The translations under genes were made by a program, and so were the position numbers. From Candidatus Omnitrophota bacterium (GTDB taxonomy: Bacteria; Omnitrophota; Gorgyraeia; B26-G9; JBDRCZ01), in the NCBI GenBank assembly GCA_043821285.1, contig JBDRCZ010000109.1, positions 4,302 through 68,301 on the forward strand: a stretch of 64,000 nucleotides of DNA, in the 5' to 3' direction. The notes under the pieces are model-generated. The model was not told the origin of the DNA, searched no databases, and saw nothing but the letters and a program-made list of their open reading frames with translations. Of this stretch, positions 29,744-40,273 are shown one piece after another (within the stretch, counting starts at the first letter, position 1; each line of letters starts with the position of its first letter).

Positions 29744-31390
29744 ATGAAACGACATGAGTTTGATATTGTGATTGTTGCTTCTCCTCCATGGGCAATATCT
29801 TTGCCGCCTTTAGGCGTGGCCTATTTAAGTACTAATTTAGGTAAAAGGGGTATGAATTGCTTTGTGTATGATTTAAATTTAGAACTTTATGAAATTGCAG
29901 CTATTGCTAAAAGAAGACATTGGGATTTAGAAATAATTAATAATTTTAGCCCGGAAGACATAGGAGATAATTTATTTGAAGATTTTAAGGTTAATTTATC
30001 GGATTTATTAGCCATATCCAGAAAAACCGGGGTGCTTGCCTTTTCGGTTAACAGTCATATTAGTTGTGCCTTTTCCGCTAAGGTTGCCAGGTGTATGAAA
30101 AATGTTTATCCGGATAAAATCATAATTTTTGGCGGGCCGGGCTGCTATCATAGCTGGGATAGAAGGTTTGTAAATAAAGGAGCAGTAGATTTTTTTATTA
30201 TTGGCGAGGGGGAACATGCATTGTTTAATTTATTAGAGGCAATATTTCAAAACCGGGGTGTGAAAAATATTGCTGGTGTTATTGACAATAATCAGGAAGA
30301 TAACTATGGATTTACCCCGGCAGAAACCATAAGAAATTTAGATGAACTAACACATCCTGATTTTAGGGAATTTGATCTTAACCGTTATCAAAAATATTTA
30401 TCCGCATATCCGAAGGATCGGGCACTGCCAATACTTATAAGCCGGGGCTGTGTAAATAGATGTAGTTTTTGTATTGACTATTATATGCAGGGCAATTTTC
30501 GCAGCCGCAGGCCGGAAGATGTAGTAAAGGAAATCATTTTTCATATGACACATAATCATACCCAGCGGTTTGAATTCAATGATTTATTATGTAATGGTAA
30601 TTTAAACAGGTTAGAAGCGATGTGTGATTTAATCATAAAAAACGGACTTAAAATTAGTTGGAGCAGTTATGCGACAATCCGCAGGGATATGAATAAGGAA
30701 CTCTTTGTAAAGATGAGGAAAGCAGGATGTGTTTCATTATGTTATGGTATGGAAAGTGCCTCAGACAAAATCCTTGGTTTAATGAACAAAAAATATACTT
30801 CCCATGATGCACAAACGTTACTTACCGCAACAAAAGAGGCAGGTATTTCGCCACACATAAACATAATTGTCGGATTTCCGCAAGAAGAAGATGTAGATTA
30901 TATAAAAACATATGATTTTTTAATTGAAAATAAAAAGTATATTGATAACGTAGCAAATGTATCATCTTTTGTACTAATGCCGGCATCAGAGGTGGGAGTA
31001 TATCCCAAAAGGTATGGTATTGAAAGGTTAAATGGGAATTTAGGTTGGGTTGATAATAACGGCCTGGATTTAGAAAAACGTATCTTTCGGCTGAATAAAA
31101 TATCACAGTTAATAACAGAGCTTAATATTTCAACTAAGATAATAAATATCCCAGAGTATGCAAAAGTGCCAGAAGTAGATATCATTATACCCTGCAAAAA
31201 TGAAGATATGATGACTTTACTACCAAGCTCTTTATACGATCGGCGGGAGCGCGGAAATTTATTTTTGGAAAAGGTCAGACGGAATAAAATCTATCGTTTT
31301 TTAATTATTTTATTTTTGCTGAGTTACACAGTATTTATTCAGGTCTATTTTTATCTACTGGGGATAATCAGAAAGATTGTGAAAGAATAG
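29744..31390 (+). CDS. B12-binding (class B) radical SAM enzyme with C-terminal TM tail
   Basis: FDIVIVASPPW… B12-domain-like N-terminus. SRGCVNRCSFC. Confidence 0.75.
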   Translation: MKRHEFDIVIVASPPWAISLPPLGVAYLSTNLGKRGMNCFVYDLNLELYEIAAIAKRRHWDLEIINNFSPEDIGDNLFEDFKVNLSDLLAISRKTGVLAFSVNSHISCAFSAKVARCMKNVYPDKIIIFGGPGCYHSWDRRFVNKGAVDFFIIGEGEHALFNLLEAIFQNRGVKNIAGVIDNNQEDNYGFTPAETIRNLDELTHPDFREFDLNRYQKYLSAYPKDRALPILISRGCVNRCSFCIDYYMQGNFRSRRPEDVVKEIIFHMTHNHTQRFEFNDLLCNGNLNRLEAMCDLIIKNGLKISWSSYATIRRDMNKELFVKMRKAGCVSLCYGMESASDKILGLMNKKYTSHDAQTLLTATKEAGISPHINIIVGFPQEEDVDYIKTYDFLIENKKYIDNVANVSSFVLMPASEVGVYPKRYGIERLNGNLGWVDNNGLDLEKRIFRLNKISQLITELNISTKIINIPEYAKVPEVDIIIPCKNEDMMTLLPSSLYDRRERGNLFLEKVRRNKIYRFLIILFLLSYTVFIQVYFYLLGIIRKIVKE

Positions 31391-31498
31391 TATTATATTG
31401 ATAATAAAAAAACGTGAAAAGAATAAACCAGATCACTCAGATAGTTAGTCTGATAAAAAAAACCACGGATTAACACGGATTGGACAGGGGAGAGCAAA

Positions 31499-32647
31499 AT
31501 GCATATTTTGATGGTACATCCGCATGATATTACCTCGCCGCATGAACCATGGACCACACGTATCACGAATATTGCCCAGGAATTTATCAAACAGGGGCAT
31601 CAGGTCAAACTAATATGTTTTGCCTATGAAGATACACATCTCTCATCCCGGCAGCAGGTTAATGGATATGAAGTAAGCATGTTATCAAGGAAGATGGGGG
31701 TAATAAATTTATTTAAAAATATTGTGTTTATATATAAACAAGCAGCCGGAGCCGATATTATACATTTTCAAAAATGTTTCTGGTGGGCGGCATTGCCCTG
31801 TTTAATTGCCGGGTGGTTATTAAATAAGCCGGTACATTATGACTGGGATGATTGGGAGCTGAAGATTTATTATTATGGCAGAAAACAATCAAAGATTTTA
31901 GGTGCATTTTTAGCAATTTGGGAAAGGCTGATTTTGGAAACAGCGGATACAATATCTTGTTCCAGCAAAAGACTTAGCGATGAATGTAGAAGAATCGGCA
32001 TAGCAGATAAAAGATTATTTGAAGCGCATGTGGGCGCAGATATTGAGCTGTTTAATCCGCACATTTCAGGATTAAGAGTACGGGAAAAATATAATATAAG
32101 TTCTCCTTTGGTGTTATATTTAGGCCAGTTGCATGGTGGACAATATGTAGAACTTTTTATTAAAGCGGCAAAATTAGTTACCATGCTTGAACATAAGGTT
32201 ATGTTTATGATTATCGGAGAGGGGTATCGCAGGAGAGAATTAGAACTGCTTGCTGAAAGATTAGGTATTAACAATCAGATTATTTTTACTGGATATATTC
32301 AGCATAAGGTTATTCCTGAGCATATCGCCGCAAGTGACATTTGCGTTGCCTGTTTTGAGGATAATGCGATTACCCAGTGCAAAAGCCCGTTAAAAATAGC
32401 CGAATACTTAGCAATGGGAAAACCCATAGGTGCCAGTTGTGTAGGCGAGGTAAGACGTATGGTTGGAGGGGTGGGGATTTTGGTTCCACCGGGTGATGCT
32501 TGGGCTCTCTCTGAGGGCATATTGAGAGTTTTACACGATGTTAGCCTAAGAGAACGAATGAGTCTTTTATCACGTGAGCGTGCAGAATTAGAATATAATT
32601 GGAAGGTAACCGCTAATAATCTATTATGCGCGTATAAAAATCAATAA
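31499..32647 (+). CDS. Glycosyltransferase family 4
   Basis: MHILMVHPHDI… GT-B C-terminal half with an E…E motif region. Confidence 0.75.
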   Translation: MHILMVHPHDITSPHEPWTTRITNIAQEFIKQGHQVKLICFAYEDTHLSSRQQVNGYEVSMLSRKMGVINLFKNIVFIYKQAAGADIIHFQKCFWWAALPCLIAGWLLNKPVHYDWDDWELKIYYYGRKQSKILGAFLAIWERLILETADTISCSSKRLSDECRRIGIADKRLFEAHVGADIELFNPHISGLRVREKYNISSPLVLYLGQLHGGQYVELFIKAAKLVTMLEHKVMFMIIGEGYRRRELELLAERLGINNQIIFTGYIQHKVIPEHIAASDICVACFEDNAITQCKSPLKIAEYLAMGKPIGASCVGEVRRMVGGVGILVPPGDAWALSEGILRVLHDVSLRERMSLLSRERAELEYNWKVTANNLLCAYKNQ

Positions 32648-32648
32648 A

Positions 32649-33728
32649 ATGAAAATAATTTTTATAACCCGAGAAGGATATCAGATGCCCGCGGCAAGGG
32701 TGCGCTGTTATAATTTTGCCATAGAGTTGAAAAAATATGGGGTTAAAACAGATGTTTTATCATATTATGACCATATTGAAACTAAAGAAGAATATAAATT
32801 TACTTTTTTAGATAAGGTAAAATTAAATTTAACGGTTTTTAACAGATTATCTAAGGAGGAAAATAGCGTTTTTTTCCTGCAGCGGTTTAATTATCATAGT
32901 TTTGGGCCGTATCTGGCAAAATTTATTAATAAAAACAAACTGATTTTTGATTTAGACGATTGGGAAATTCGGGAAAACCCGCGATATATCCTAAATATTT
33001 GGCCGACGTCTAAAGCAGAATTTTTGACTAAGACAATTGCCAGGCGGGCAAATTGCTGTATTGCGGCCAGCCATTTCCTTTTCGATTATTTGAAGCAGTA
33101 TAACAAAAATGTCTATTATCTACCAACCGGTGTTGATACAACTTTATTTTGCCTTAATGGCGAGGCGCAAAATAATGATGTTGTATTTTCGTGGATTGGC
33201 ACAATACACCGGCCGGATAATGTAGAAAATATTAAATTTATTATTGATTGTTTTAACAAACTAAGCGATAAATATAAGAATATAAGGCTGGAAATAACCG
33301 GAGATGGGGGATATTATCATCAGGTAAAATCAGCAGTAAAAAATGCCGGCAGTAATAGAATTGTGCTAAATAAATGGATAGACCCGAATAGTATGCCGGC
33401 ATATTTAGAACAGATAGACGTAGGTCTTTTGCCCTTAGTTCAGAATACAAAATTTAATCTTGCCAAAAGCCCGGTAAAATTATTTGAATACATGGCAATG
33501 GCAAAACCGGTGATTGCAAGTTATATTGGTGAGGCCGCACAGATTATAACAGATAGACGGACTGGGTTTTTAGCTAAAAATAAAGAAGAATTTATTGAGT
33601 GGATGGAGTTTTTGATAACTAATCCGGAGATAAGAAAAAATATAGGACAAGAAGCAAGAAAAGCGGTAATGAGATATTCTCTAGGCACTTTAATTGCAGA
33701 ACTTTCTCAAATAATACAAAAGATATAA
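32649..33728 (+). CDS. Glycosyltransferase (GT-B, group 1-like)
   Basis: MKIIFITREGYQMPAARVRCYNF… C-terminal nucleotide-sugar binding half (KSPVKLFEYMAMAKPVIAS). Confidence 0.65.
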   Translation: MKIIFITREGYQMPAARVRCYNFAIELKKYGVKTDVLSYYDHIETKEEYKFTFLDKVKLNLTVFNRLSKEENSVFFLQRFNYHSFGPYLAKFINKNKLIFDLDDWEIRENPRYILNIWPTSKAEFLTKTIARRANCCIAASHFLFDYLKQYNKNVYYLPTGVDTTLFCLNGEAQNNDVVFSWIGTIHRPDNVENIKFIIDCFNKLSDKYKNIRLEITGDGGYYHQVKSAVKNAGSNRIVLNKWIDPNSMPAYLEQIDVGLLPLVQNTKFNLAKSPVKLFEYMAMAKPVIASYIGEAAQIITDRRTGFLAKNKEEFIEWMEFLITNPEIRKNIGQEARKAVMRYSLGTLIAELSQIIQKI

Positions 33729-33793
33729 ACATAATATTTAATTTGTCATAATCAATATCTTTTAAATTCATGCATTATTGAGGATCATCTGTA

Positions 33794-33946
33794 GGTAGTG
33801 TCAAAGATTCTATGAAAGAATTGAAAGCAACCACAGATTATGCAGATAGTTATAAATATTTGCAGGGGGGAAGAAATTCGAGAAAATCTGTGGTTGCCTG
33901 TGCCCTATGGGTACTTAAAAATATACGAAAGTTTTTGACAAAACCC
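33794..33946 (+). repeat. MITE-like dispersed repeat, copy 3 (full length, TIR tgtcaaa…tttgaca)
   Basis: ggtagtgtcaaag…gcaaccacagatt…aatctgtggttgcctgtgccctatgggtacttaaaaatatacgaaagtttttgacaaaaccc. Confidence 0.7.
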
Positions 33947-33968
33947 ATCTGTATATAAGGAGAATAAA

Positions 33969-34988
33969 ATGAATATAGAGACTAAAATAATATGTACAAT
34001 TGGGCCGGCTAGCCGGGATAAAGAGAAGATTATTAAGATGTCTAAGGCGGGAATGAGTGTTGCCCGGCTTAATTTTTCTCATGGCAGTATAGAAGACCAT
34101 CAAAAGACGTTTGATTTTATAAAAGCAGTCAATAAACAGTTTAATTTTGATATAAAGACACTGCTGGACTTGGAAGGTTATCGTGTAAGGGTTGGCAGGC
34201 TTAAACAGCCGATTATGCTTAAGGAAAAACAAAAAATTTGGCTGGGCAGTGATTCAAAAGAATCTGCATCAAATATACCGCTTGATTCGGATATTGAAAT
34301 ATCGGCTATTTCCAAGGGAATGGAGGTTTTTATTAATGATGGGCTGGTTGCATTAAAGGTTATTGCCTGTTCGAAAAAGAAAGTTCAACTCGAAGTAGTA
34401 CATGGCGGTCTAATTAGTTCGAAAAAGGGTATTAATATCCCCGGACTAAGGCTTAAAACCAATATTTTAACGGACAAAGATAAAAAAGATATCGAGGTGG
34501 GCATTTTAAACAAAGTGGACTATATTGCACAGTCATTTGTGCGCAGCAGTCGTGATATTTTGCGGGTAGCAAAAAAGGTAAAACCTCATCTGCCGGATTG
34601 TAAGATAATTGCTAAAATTGAAAATAGGGATGGTGTCAAAAATATTGACGGTATCATTGATGCCTGTGATGGGATTATGGTGGCCAGGGGTGACTTGGGG
34701 GTGACCTTACCGATTTATAAAATACCGTTTATCCAAAAATACATTATCCGCCGCGCCAACCGGATGAAAAGGTTCGTGGTAACCGCAACACAGATGCTGG
34801 AAAGTATGACAGAGCATCCCCGGCCAACGCGGGCAGAAGTTAGTGATGTTGCCAATGCAGTCTTAGATGGGACTGATTTTGTGATGCTTTCCGCAGAAAC
34901 TGCCGTGGGTAAGTTTCCCGTCGAAGCAGTTAATATGATGTCGCAGATAATCAGTTTTACGGAAAAGACACAAAGATTAAAATATTAA
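33969..34988 (+). CDS. pyk: Pyruvate kinase, short form (A+B domains, no C-terminal regulatory domain)
   Basis: IICTIGPAS…[16 protein letters not shown]. Ends after the A-domain (…[14 protein letters not shown]…). 339 aa versus about 470 for canonical PK. Confidence 0.8.
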   Translation: MNIETKIICTIGPASRDKEKIIKMSKAGMSVARLNFSHGSIEDHQKTFDFIKAVNKQFNFDIKTLLDLEGYRVRVGRLKQPIMLKEKQKIWLGSDSKESASNIPLDSDIEISAISKGMEVFINDGLVALKVIACSKKKVQLEVVHGGLISSKKGINIPGLRLKTNILTDKDKKDIEVGILNKVDYIAQSFVRSSRDILRVAKKVKPHLPDCKIIAKIENRDGVKNIDGIIDACDGIMVARGDLGVTLPIYKIPFIQKYIIRRANRMKRFVVTATQMLESMTEHPRPTRAEVSDVANAVLDGTDFVMLSAETAVGKFPVEAVNMMSQIISFTEKTQRLKY

Positions 34989-35086
34989 TTTGGAAATAAA
35001 AAACAGGCATATGCACTTGACACCCCCAGCATTAGTGTAGAATAGTCTTCTATGGAGGACTATCCGAAAACTTCATTTAAAAGTCC

Positions 35087-35115
35087 TTGACACTAAAATA
35101 AGAATGTAGTATATT
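35087..35115 (+). promoter_or_regulatory. Sigma70-like promoter TTGACA-17-TATATT upstream of rimP-nusA-infB
   Basis: ttgaca ctaaaataagaatgtag tatatt. A second weaker TTGACA lies at 35017. Confidence 0.45.
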
Positions 35116-35179
35116 AGTTGATGCCTGGTTAAATGCTTAAGTGCTTAAGTGGGTGTGTTTCCCCACTTTTTTTATTAAT

Positions 35180-35644
35180 ATGGAAAAATTGGTGGTTGAC
35201 AAAATTAAAGAGTTGATTGAAAACACTATAACCGGCACGAAAATTGAATTGGTAGATCTGGTCTTTCACCGAGAAAGTGTGGGACTGGTTTTGCGGGTGC
35301 TTGTTGATAAACCAGGCGGGATTACGCTTGATGAATGTGCCGAGATTAACCGGGATCTGAGTATGGAGCTTGATGCATCCAGTGTTATTGATGAAAAATA
35401 TGTATTGGAAGTTTCTTCCCCGGGGTTGGACCGGGATTTGAAAACAGAAAAAGATTTTATGCGGGTGCGGGGGGAAACCATAAAAATTGTGACCCGTCAG
35501 CCAATTGCAAAATCAAATGTGTTTATTGGTAAACTTTATAATGCAAAAGAAGGCAAGGTGCTTATACTGACAGAAACAAGTAAACTCATAGAAATAGCCC
35601 AAGAACAAATTGTGCGGGCAAAACGGTATTTTAGTAACGATTAA
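35180..35644 (+). CDS. rimP: Ribosome maturation factor RimP
   Basis: Conserved rimP-nusA-infB order. RimP-like N- and C-domains. Start chosen at ATG 35180 (the ORF track begins at 35141). Confidence 0.75.
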   Translation: MEKLVVDKIKELIENTITGTKIELVDLVFHRESVGLVLRVLVDKPGGITLDECAEINRDLSMELDASSVIDEKYVLEVSSPGLDRDLKTEKDFMRVRGETIKIVTRQPIAKSNVFIGKLYNAKEGKVLILTETSKLIEIAQEQIVRAKRYFSND

Positions 35645-35817
35645 AGTAAACGAATTATAACTATGTATTGAGTATTGTGTATTGAGCATAAAAACTAAAA
35701 AAAAGGTTTTTGTTTTTTGTATCTGCTAAGGTAAATGACTAGAAAATGCAACGCATTTTCCGATTATGAAGTTATCCCGCAGCAGGCTATCGGGGGAGCT
35801 TCATTGAGGGGAGATAA

Positions 35818-36963
35818 ATGAACGGGGAAATATTATCTATTCTGTATAATATTGAGCGGGAAAAAGGTATTGACCGGGAAGTATTACTGCAGGCAGTGGA
35901 ATCCGCAGTTTTATCTGCCGTGAGAAAAAAATATGGTCCGTATGAAGAGATCCGGGTTGAGCTTGATCGTAAGACTGGTAAGATAAATGTAGTTTCCCCT
36001 AATGGAGAGCCGGTTGATTCCGCTGATTTTGGACGGATTGCTGCGCAGACGGCAAAACAGGTAATTATTCAAAAAATTCGTGAAGCCGAGCGTGATGTGA
36101 TCTATAATGAGTTCTTAGCACGTGTCGGCGATATCACTAATGGTTCGGTACACCGGGTTGAACGTACCGGTATTATCGTGGATTTGGGCAGAACCGAGGC
36201 AATATTGCCGTACCGGGAGCTTATCCCTAAAGAAAGATATAAACAGGGTGACCGCGTGCGTGCTTATATTATGGAAGTAAAACGAGCACCGAAAGGGCCG
36301 CAAATTATTCTCTCCCGTACGCACTCCGGTTTTATCCGGCGTTTATTTGAGCTTGAGGTTCCGGAAATACACCAGGGAATTGTGGAACTGAAAGCTGTTT
36401 CCCGTGAGGCCGGTGACCGTACTAAGGTTGCAGTTTGGTCGAATGACCAGCGCGTTGATTGTGTTGGTGCATGTGTGGGAATGCGCGGTTCGCGGATTAA
36501 AAATATTGTGCGTGAGCTTAAATCGGAAAAAATCGATATTGTCAGGTGGAGTAATAGTATAAAAGAATATGTCACTAATGCTTTAAGTCCAGCAAAAATT
36601 TTGGATATTAAAATAAATGAGGCAGGAAAAAAAACGGATGTTGATGTTAGTGATGATCAGTTATCACTGGCAATTGGTAAGAAAGGACAAAATGTAAGAT
36701 TAGCCGCGAAACTTACCGGCTGGAGTATAGATATTCATAGTGAAAGAAAAACTAATGTCTTGGAAAAATTGACGATAAAAAAAGAAAAGGACTCAATATC
36801 GAAAATTCCCGGAGTAGGACTAAAGACACTAAAGGCACTGCAGGAAGCCGGGATTACGGACTTGAATGCAATTGTTAATTTAACGGAAAAAGATTTACTG
36901 AAAATTAAAGGTGTTGGTAAAAAGACGGCGAAGAATATTATTTTAGCGGTGCAAAAGGGTTAA
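35818..36963 (+). CDS. nusA: Transcription termination/antitermination factor NusA
   Basis: N-terminal domain plus S1 plus two KH domains, with a C-terminal HhH segment. Upstream of infB. Confidence 0.9.
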   Translation: MNGEILSILYNIEREKGIDREVLLQAVESAVLSAVRKKYGPYEEIRVELDRKTGKINVVSPNGEPVDSADFGRIAAQTAKQVIIQKIREAERDVIYNEFLARVGDITNGSVHRVERTGIIVDLGRTEAILPYRELIPKERYKQGDRVRAYIMEVKRAPKGPQIILSRTHSGFIRRLFELEVPEIHQGIVELKAVSREAGDRTKVAVWSNDQRVDCVGACVGMRGSRIKNIVRELKSEKIDIVRWSNSIKEYVTNALSPAKILDIKINEAGKKTDVDVSDDQLSLAIGKKGQNVRLAAKLTGWSIDIHSERKTNVLEKLTIKKEKDSISKIPGVGLKTLKALQEAGITDLNAIVNLTEKDLLKIKGVGKKTAKNIILAVQKG

Positions 36964-37239
36964 TGCTAAAAGCTTCGTAAAAGAACAAAATACAACCATA
37001 TTTCACATAGACAGTTAAACTGATATAAAAGAAGATAGAGCCACAGATTGACACTGATTGATCACGGATGAAAAAAAGATGAGACTAAATATATCTAGAC
37101 CACGGATAACACGAATTGACACGAATGGAAAAATATTCATTGTTCAGAGATGAGACTTATAAAATAATCGGAGTATATTTTGAAGATTATTTGGCAGTTA
37201 GCCCAAACTTTCAGATGAAAGACTTGTTATTAAGCTATT

Positions 37240-37335
37240 CGTGATAATTTGTGCAATTAGTGGTAAAAAAAGAGTCTAAGAGATTTGAATATTAGAGTTG
37301 GCACAACATCCGTGTAAATCCGTGGCTAAAAAAGG
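37240..37335 (+). repeat. caattagtgg…atccgtgtaaatccgtggctaaaaaa element immediately upstream of infB
   Basis: Shares both blocks with 54470-54560 (upstream of nusB) and, inverted, with 4245-4510. Confidence 0.55.
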
Positions 37336-37342
37336 AATAATT

Positions 37343-39298
37343 ATGGGAATTAGAGTTTATGAGCTGGCAAAAGAGTTAAAGTTAACCAGCCGGGAGTTAA
37401 TCAGTAAACTGCATGCCTTACATGTGAACGTGAAAGGACACATGAGCAGTTTGGATGAAGAAACCGCTGAGATTATTCGCCATGAATTTGCTCCGGTTGC
37501 TGCGGAAAAAGAACCGAAAAAGGAAGAAGCGGAAAAATTAAAGATTTTGCAGCTTAAAATTCCTTGTACGGTTAAAGAGTTATCAGTGAAACTGCAAGTT
37601 GCAACCAGTGAATTAATCAAACGCCTAATCAAACAAAAGATCATGGCAACGATTAATCAGAATTTGGATGAAGAGATCCTAAAACGTATTGGTATGGAAT
37701 TCGGATATAAAATAGAAAAGCTACCTTCGCCAGAAGAGGTATTAGTTGCGGAACATAATCTGGCGGACAAAGAAGGAGAATTGAAATTTCGTTCCCCGGT
37801 AGTTACCTTAATGGGACATGTTGATCATGGAAAGACATCACTTTTAGACGCAATCAGGAATAGTAAAATTACAACATATGAAGCCGGCGGAATAACTCAG
37901 CATATTGGTGCGTATAAGGTGCATTTGGATAAAGGGGAGGTAACCTTTTTGGATACACCGGGACACGAGGCGTTTACCGCGATGCGTGCAAGAGGTGCGG
38001 TAGCGACAGATGTGGTTGTTTTGGTGGTTGCTGCGGATGATGGGATTATGCCACAGACGGATGAAGCAATCGATCATGCCCGCGCCGCGGGTGTACCGAT
38101 TGTTGTGGCGATAAATAAAGTTGACCTGCCCAGTGCAAATGTTGAAAGGGTTAAGAAACAGCTTATGGAAAGAAATCTATCGCCGGAAGACTGGGGCGGA
38201 AAAACAATCATGGTGGAAGTTTCCGCTAAGACCGGCCAGGGGATTGATAATTTATTAGAATTGCTGCTGCTTGAAGCCGAAATGCTGGAATTAAAAGCAA
38301 ATCCTGCTCGGCCGGCAAAAGGGGTGATTATTGAAGGCAAGATTACTAAAGGCGGCGGGCCGCAGGCAACGTTGCTGGTGCAAAATGGCAGTTTAATCGT
38401 AGGCGATGTACTTGTATGCGGTAAGTGTTTTGGGAAAATCAGAGCAATGATTAATGACCGCGGACAAAGAGTAGAGATTGCTAAACCGTCAGATCCGGTC
38501 GAGATATTAGGCATAAATGGCGTTCCACTTGCCGGGGAATTGTTTTATGTTGTCAGTGATGAAAAAAAGGCGCGCGAGATTGTTGGGCAAAAGTCAGAAA
38601 AGGAAAGAGAAGAGACATTAAAAGGTGGTCTTAAACGCATAACCTTAGAAGAGCTCTATTCCCAGGTTAAAACCGGGACGGTTAAAGAGTTAAAACTTAT
38701 TGCAAAAGTAGACGTTCAGGGTTCAATTGAAGCGCTAAAACATTCCCTGGAAAAATTAACCCATCCGGAAATTAGTTTGAATATTATTCATGCCCAGGTG
38801 GGTAGTATTAATGTTTCCGATATAATGCTTGCCGCGGCATCCAATGCGATTGTTATTGGATTTCATGTAAATATTGAGCCGCTGGCAAAACAAGAAGCGG
38901 AAAGACAAAATGTTGATCTGCGATTTTATCGTATAATTTATGAGGTGGTTAATGATATTAGAATGAGTATGGAAGGATTACTTGAGCCTAAACTGAAAGA
39001 GGTTTTTGTCGGCCGGGCAGCTGTTCAACAGGTGTTTAAAATTACAAAATTTGGCAATATTGCCGGCTGTATAGTAACAAAAGGTAAAATAATCCGTCAG
39101 GGTGTAGTTAAACTTTACCGTGGAAAAGATTGTTTATATGAAGGCAAAATTGCTACACTTAAGAGATTTAAGGATGATGTGCGCGAAGTGCCGGAAAATA
39201 CAGAATGCGGTATTGGGTTAGTTGATTTTATCGATATTGCGCAGTATGATATAATTGATTGTTTTGTGATTGAACGTCACGAGAAGAAAATTGTATAA
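37343..39298 (+). CDS. infB: Translation initiation factor IF-2
   Basis: N-terminal [13 protein letters not shown]-domain [17 protein letters not shown]. Start likely 37343 (the ORF track starts at 37298). Confidence 0.9.
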   Translation: MGIRVYELAKELKLTSRELISKLHALHVNVKGHMSSLDEETAEIIRHEFAPVAAEKEPKKEEAEKLKILQLKIPCTVKELSVKLQVATSELIKRLIKQKIMATINQNLDEEILKRIGMEFGYKIEKLPSPEEVLVAEHNLADKEGELKFRSPVVTLMGHVDHGKTSLLDAIRNSKITTYEAGGITQHIGAYKVHLDKGEVTFLDTPGHEAFTAMRARGAVATDVVVLVVAADDGIMPQTDEAIDHARAAGVPIVVAINKVDLPSANVERVKKQLMERNLSPEDWGGKTIMVEVSAKTGQGIDNLLELLLLEAEMLELKANPARPAKGVIIEGKITKGGGPQATLLVQNGSLIVGDVLVCGKCFGKIRAMINDRGQRVEIAKPSDPVEILGINGVPLAGELFYVVSDEKKAREIVGQKSEKEREETLKGGLKRITLEELYSQVKTGTVKELKLIAKVDVQGSIEALKHSLEKLTHPEISLNIIHAQVGSINVSDIMLAAASNAIVIGFHVNIEPLAKQEAERQNVDLRFYRIIYEVVNDIRMSMEGLLEPKLKEVFVGRAAVQQVFKITKFGNIAGCIVTKGKIIRQGVVKLYRGKDCLYEGKIATLKRFKDDVREVPENTECGIGLVDFIDIAQYDIIDCFVIERHEKKIV

Positions 39299-39301
39299 AA
39301 A

Positions 39302-40273
39302 ATGAAAAAGATAATTTTAAGCGGTATGCGCCCTACTGGCAGGCTTCACCTTGGGCATTTGGTTGGTGCGTTGAATAATTGGCAGATACTGCAGGATGAG
39401 TATGATTGTTTTTTTATGGTTGCAGATTGGCATGCGCTGCTGAGTGAATATAAAAATCCTGAAATTATTAGCGAATATATTGTTGATAATGTTATTGACT
39501 GGCTATGCTGTGGGATTAACCCGCAAAAAGCGACAATTTTTGTCCAATCACACGTACATTATCATGTTGAAATGGCACAGGTGTTGGGAGCAATTACCCC
39601 ACTTGCATGGTTGGAACGTTGCCCAACCTATAAAGAACAACTGAAAGAGCTTACCGGACGAGAGCTTACCACTTATGGTTTCTTAGGATACCCGGTGTTA
39701 CAGTCTGCGGATATCTTGCTTTATAAGGCATCACATGTCCCGGTAGGTATGGATCAACTGCCGCATTTAGAACTTACCAGAGAAATAACCAGAAAATTTA
39801 ATCAGTTATACGGTAATATATTAGTCGAACCGCAGCCAATTTTAGCTAAGGCTTCAAAATTGTTAGGTATTGACGGACGTAAAATGAGCAAGAGTTACGA
39901 TAATTTTATTGGGCTTGCGGATGATGAAGCGACGATTAGAAAAAAAGTCCAGGGGATGTTTACTGATCCTAAGCGGATAAAACGCACCGACCGGGGACAT
40001 CCGGAGGAATGTAATCTGTGTGCATATTATGAGGTTTTTGCGCCAGAACTTCTTGATCAGGTAAAAGATGAATGTTGTAATGCACATATTGGCTGTACTG
40101 ATGATAAAAAAAGACTTGCGGATATTTTGGTTAAAAGACTTGAGCCGATTCGGCAAAAGCGGCAGGAGTTTAATCAGGCAACAGTTTATGCGATTTTCGA
40201 CCATGGTAAGAAAAAAGCGGGCGAACTGGCAGGAAAAACAATGGCAGAGGTCCGCCGGGTAATGAAGTTATGA
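39302..40273 (+). CDS. trpS: Tryptophan--tRNA ligase
   Basis: HIGH-type motif GRLHLGH. KMSKS present. Confidence 0.9.
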   Translation: MKKIILSGMRPTGRLHLGHLVGALNNWQILQDEYDCFFMVADWHALLSEYKNPEIISEYIVDNVIDWLCCGINPQKATIFVQSHVHYHVEMAQVLGAITPLAWLERCPTYKEQLKELTGRELTTYGFLGYPVLQSADILLYKASHVPVGMDQLPHLELTREITRKFNQLYGNILVEPQPILAKASKLLGIDGRKMSKSYDNFIGLADDEATIRKKVQGMFTDPKRIKRTDRGHPEECNLCAYYEVFAPELLDQVKDECCNAHIGCTDDKKRLADILVKRLEPIRQKRQEFNQATVYAIFDHGKKKAGELAGKTMAEVRRVMKL

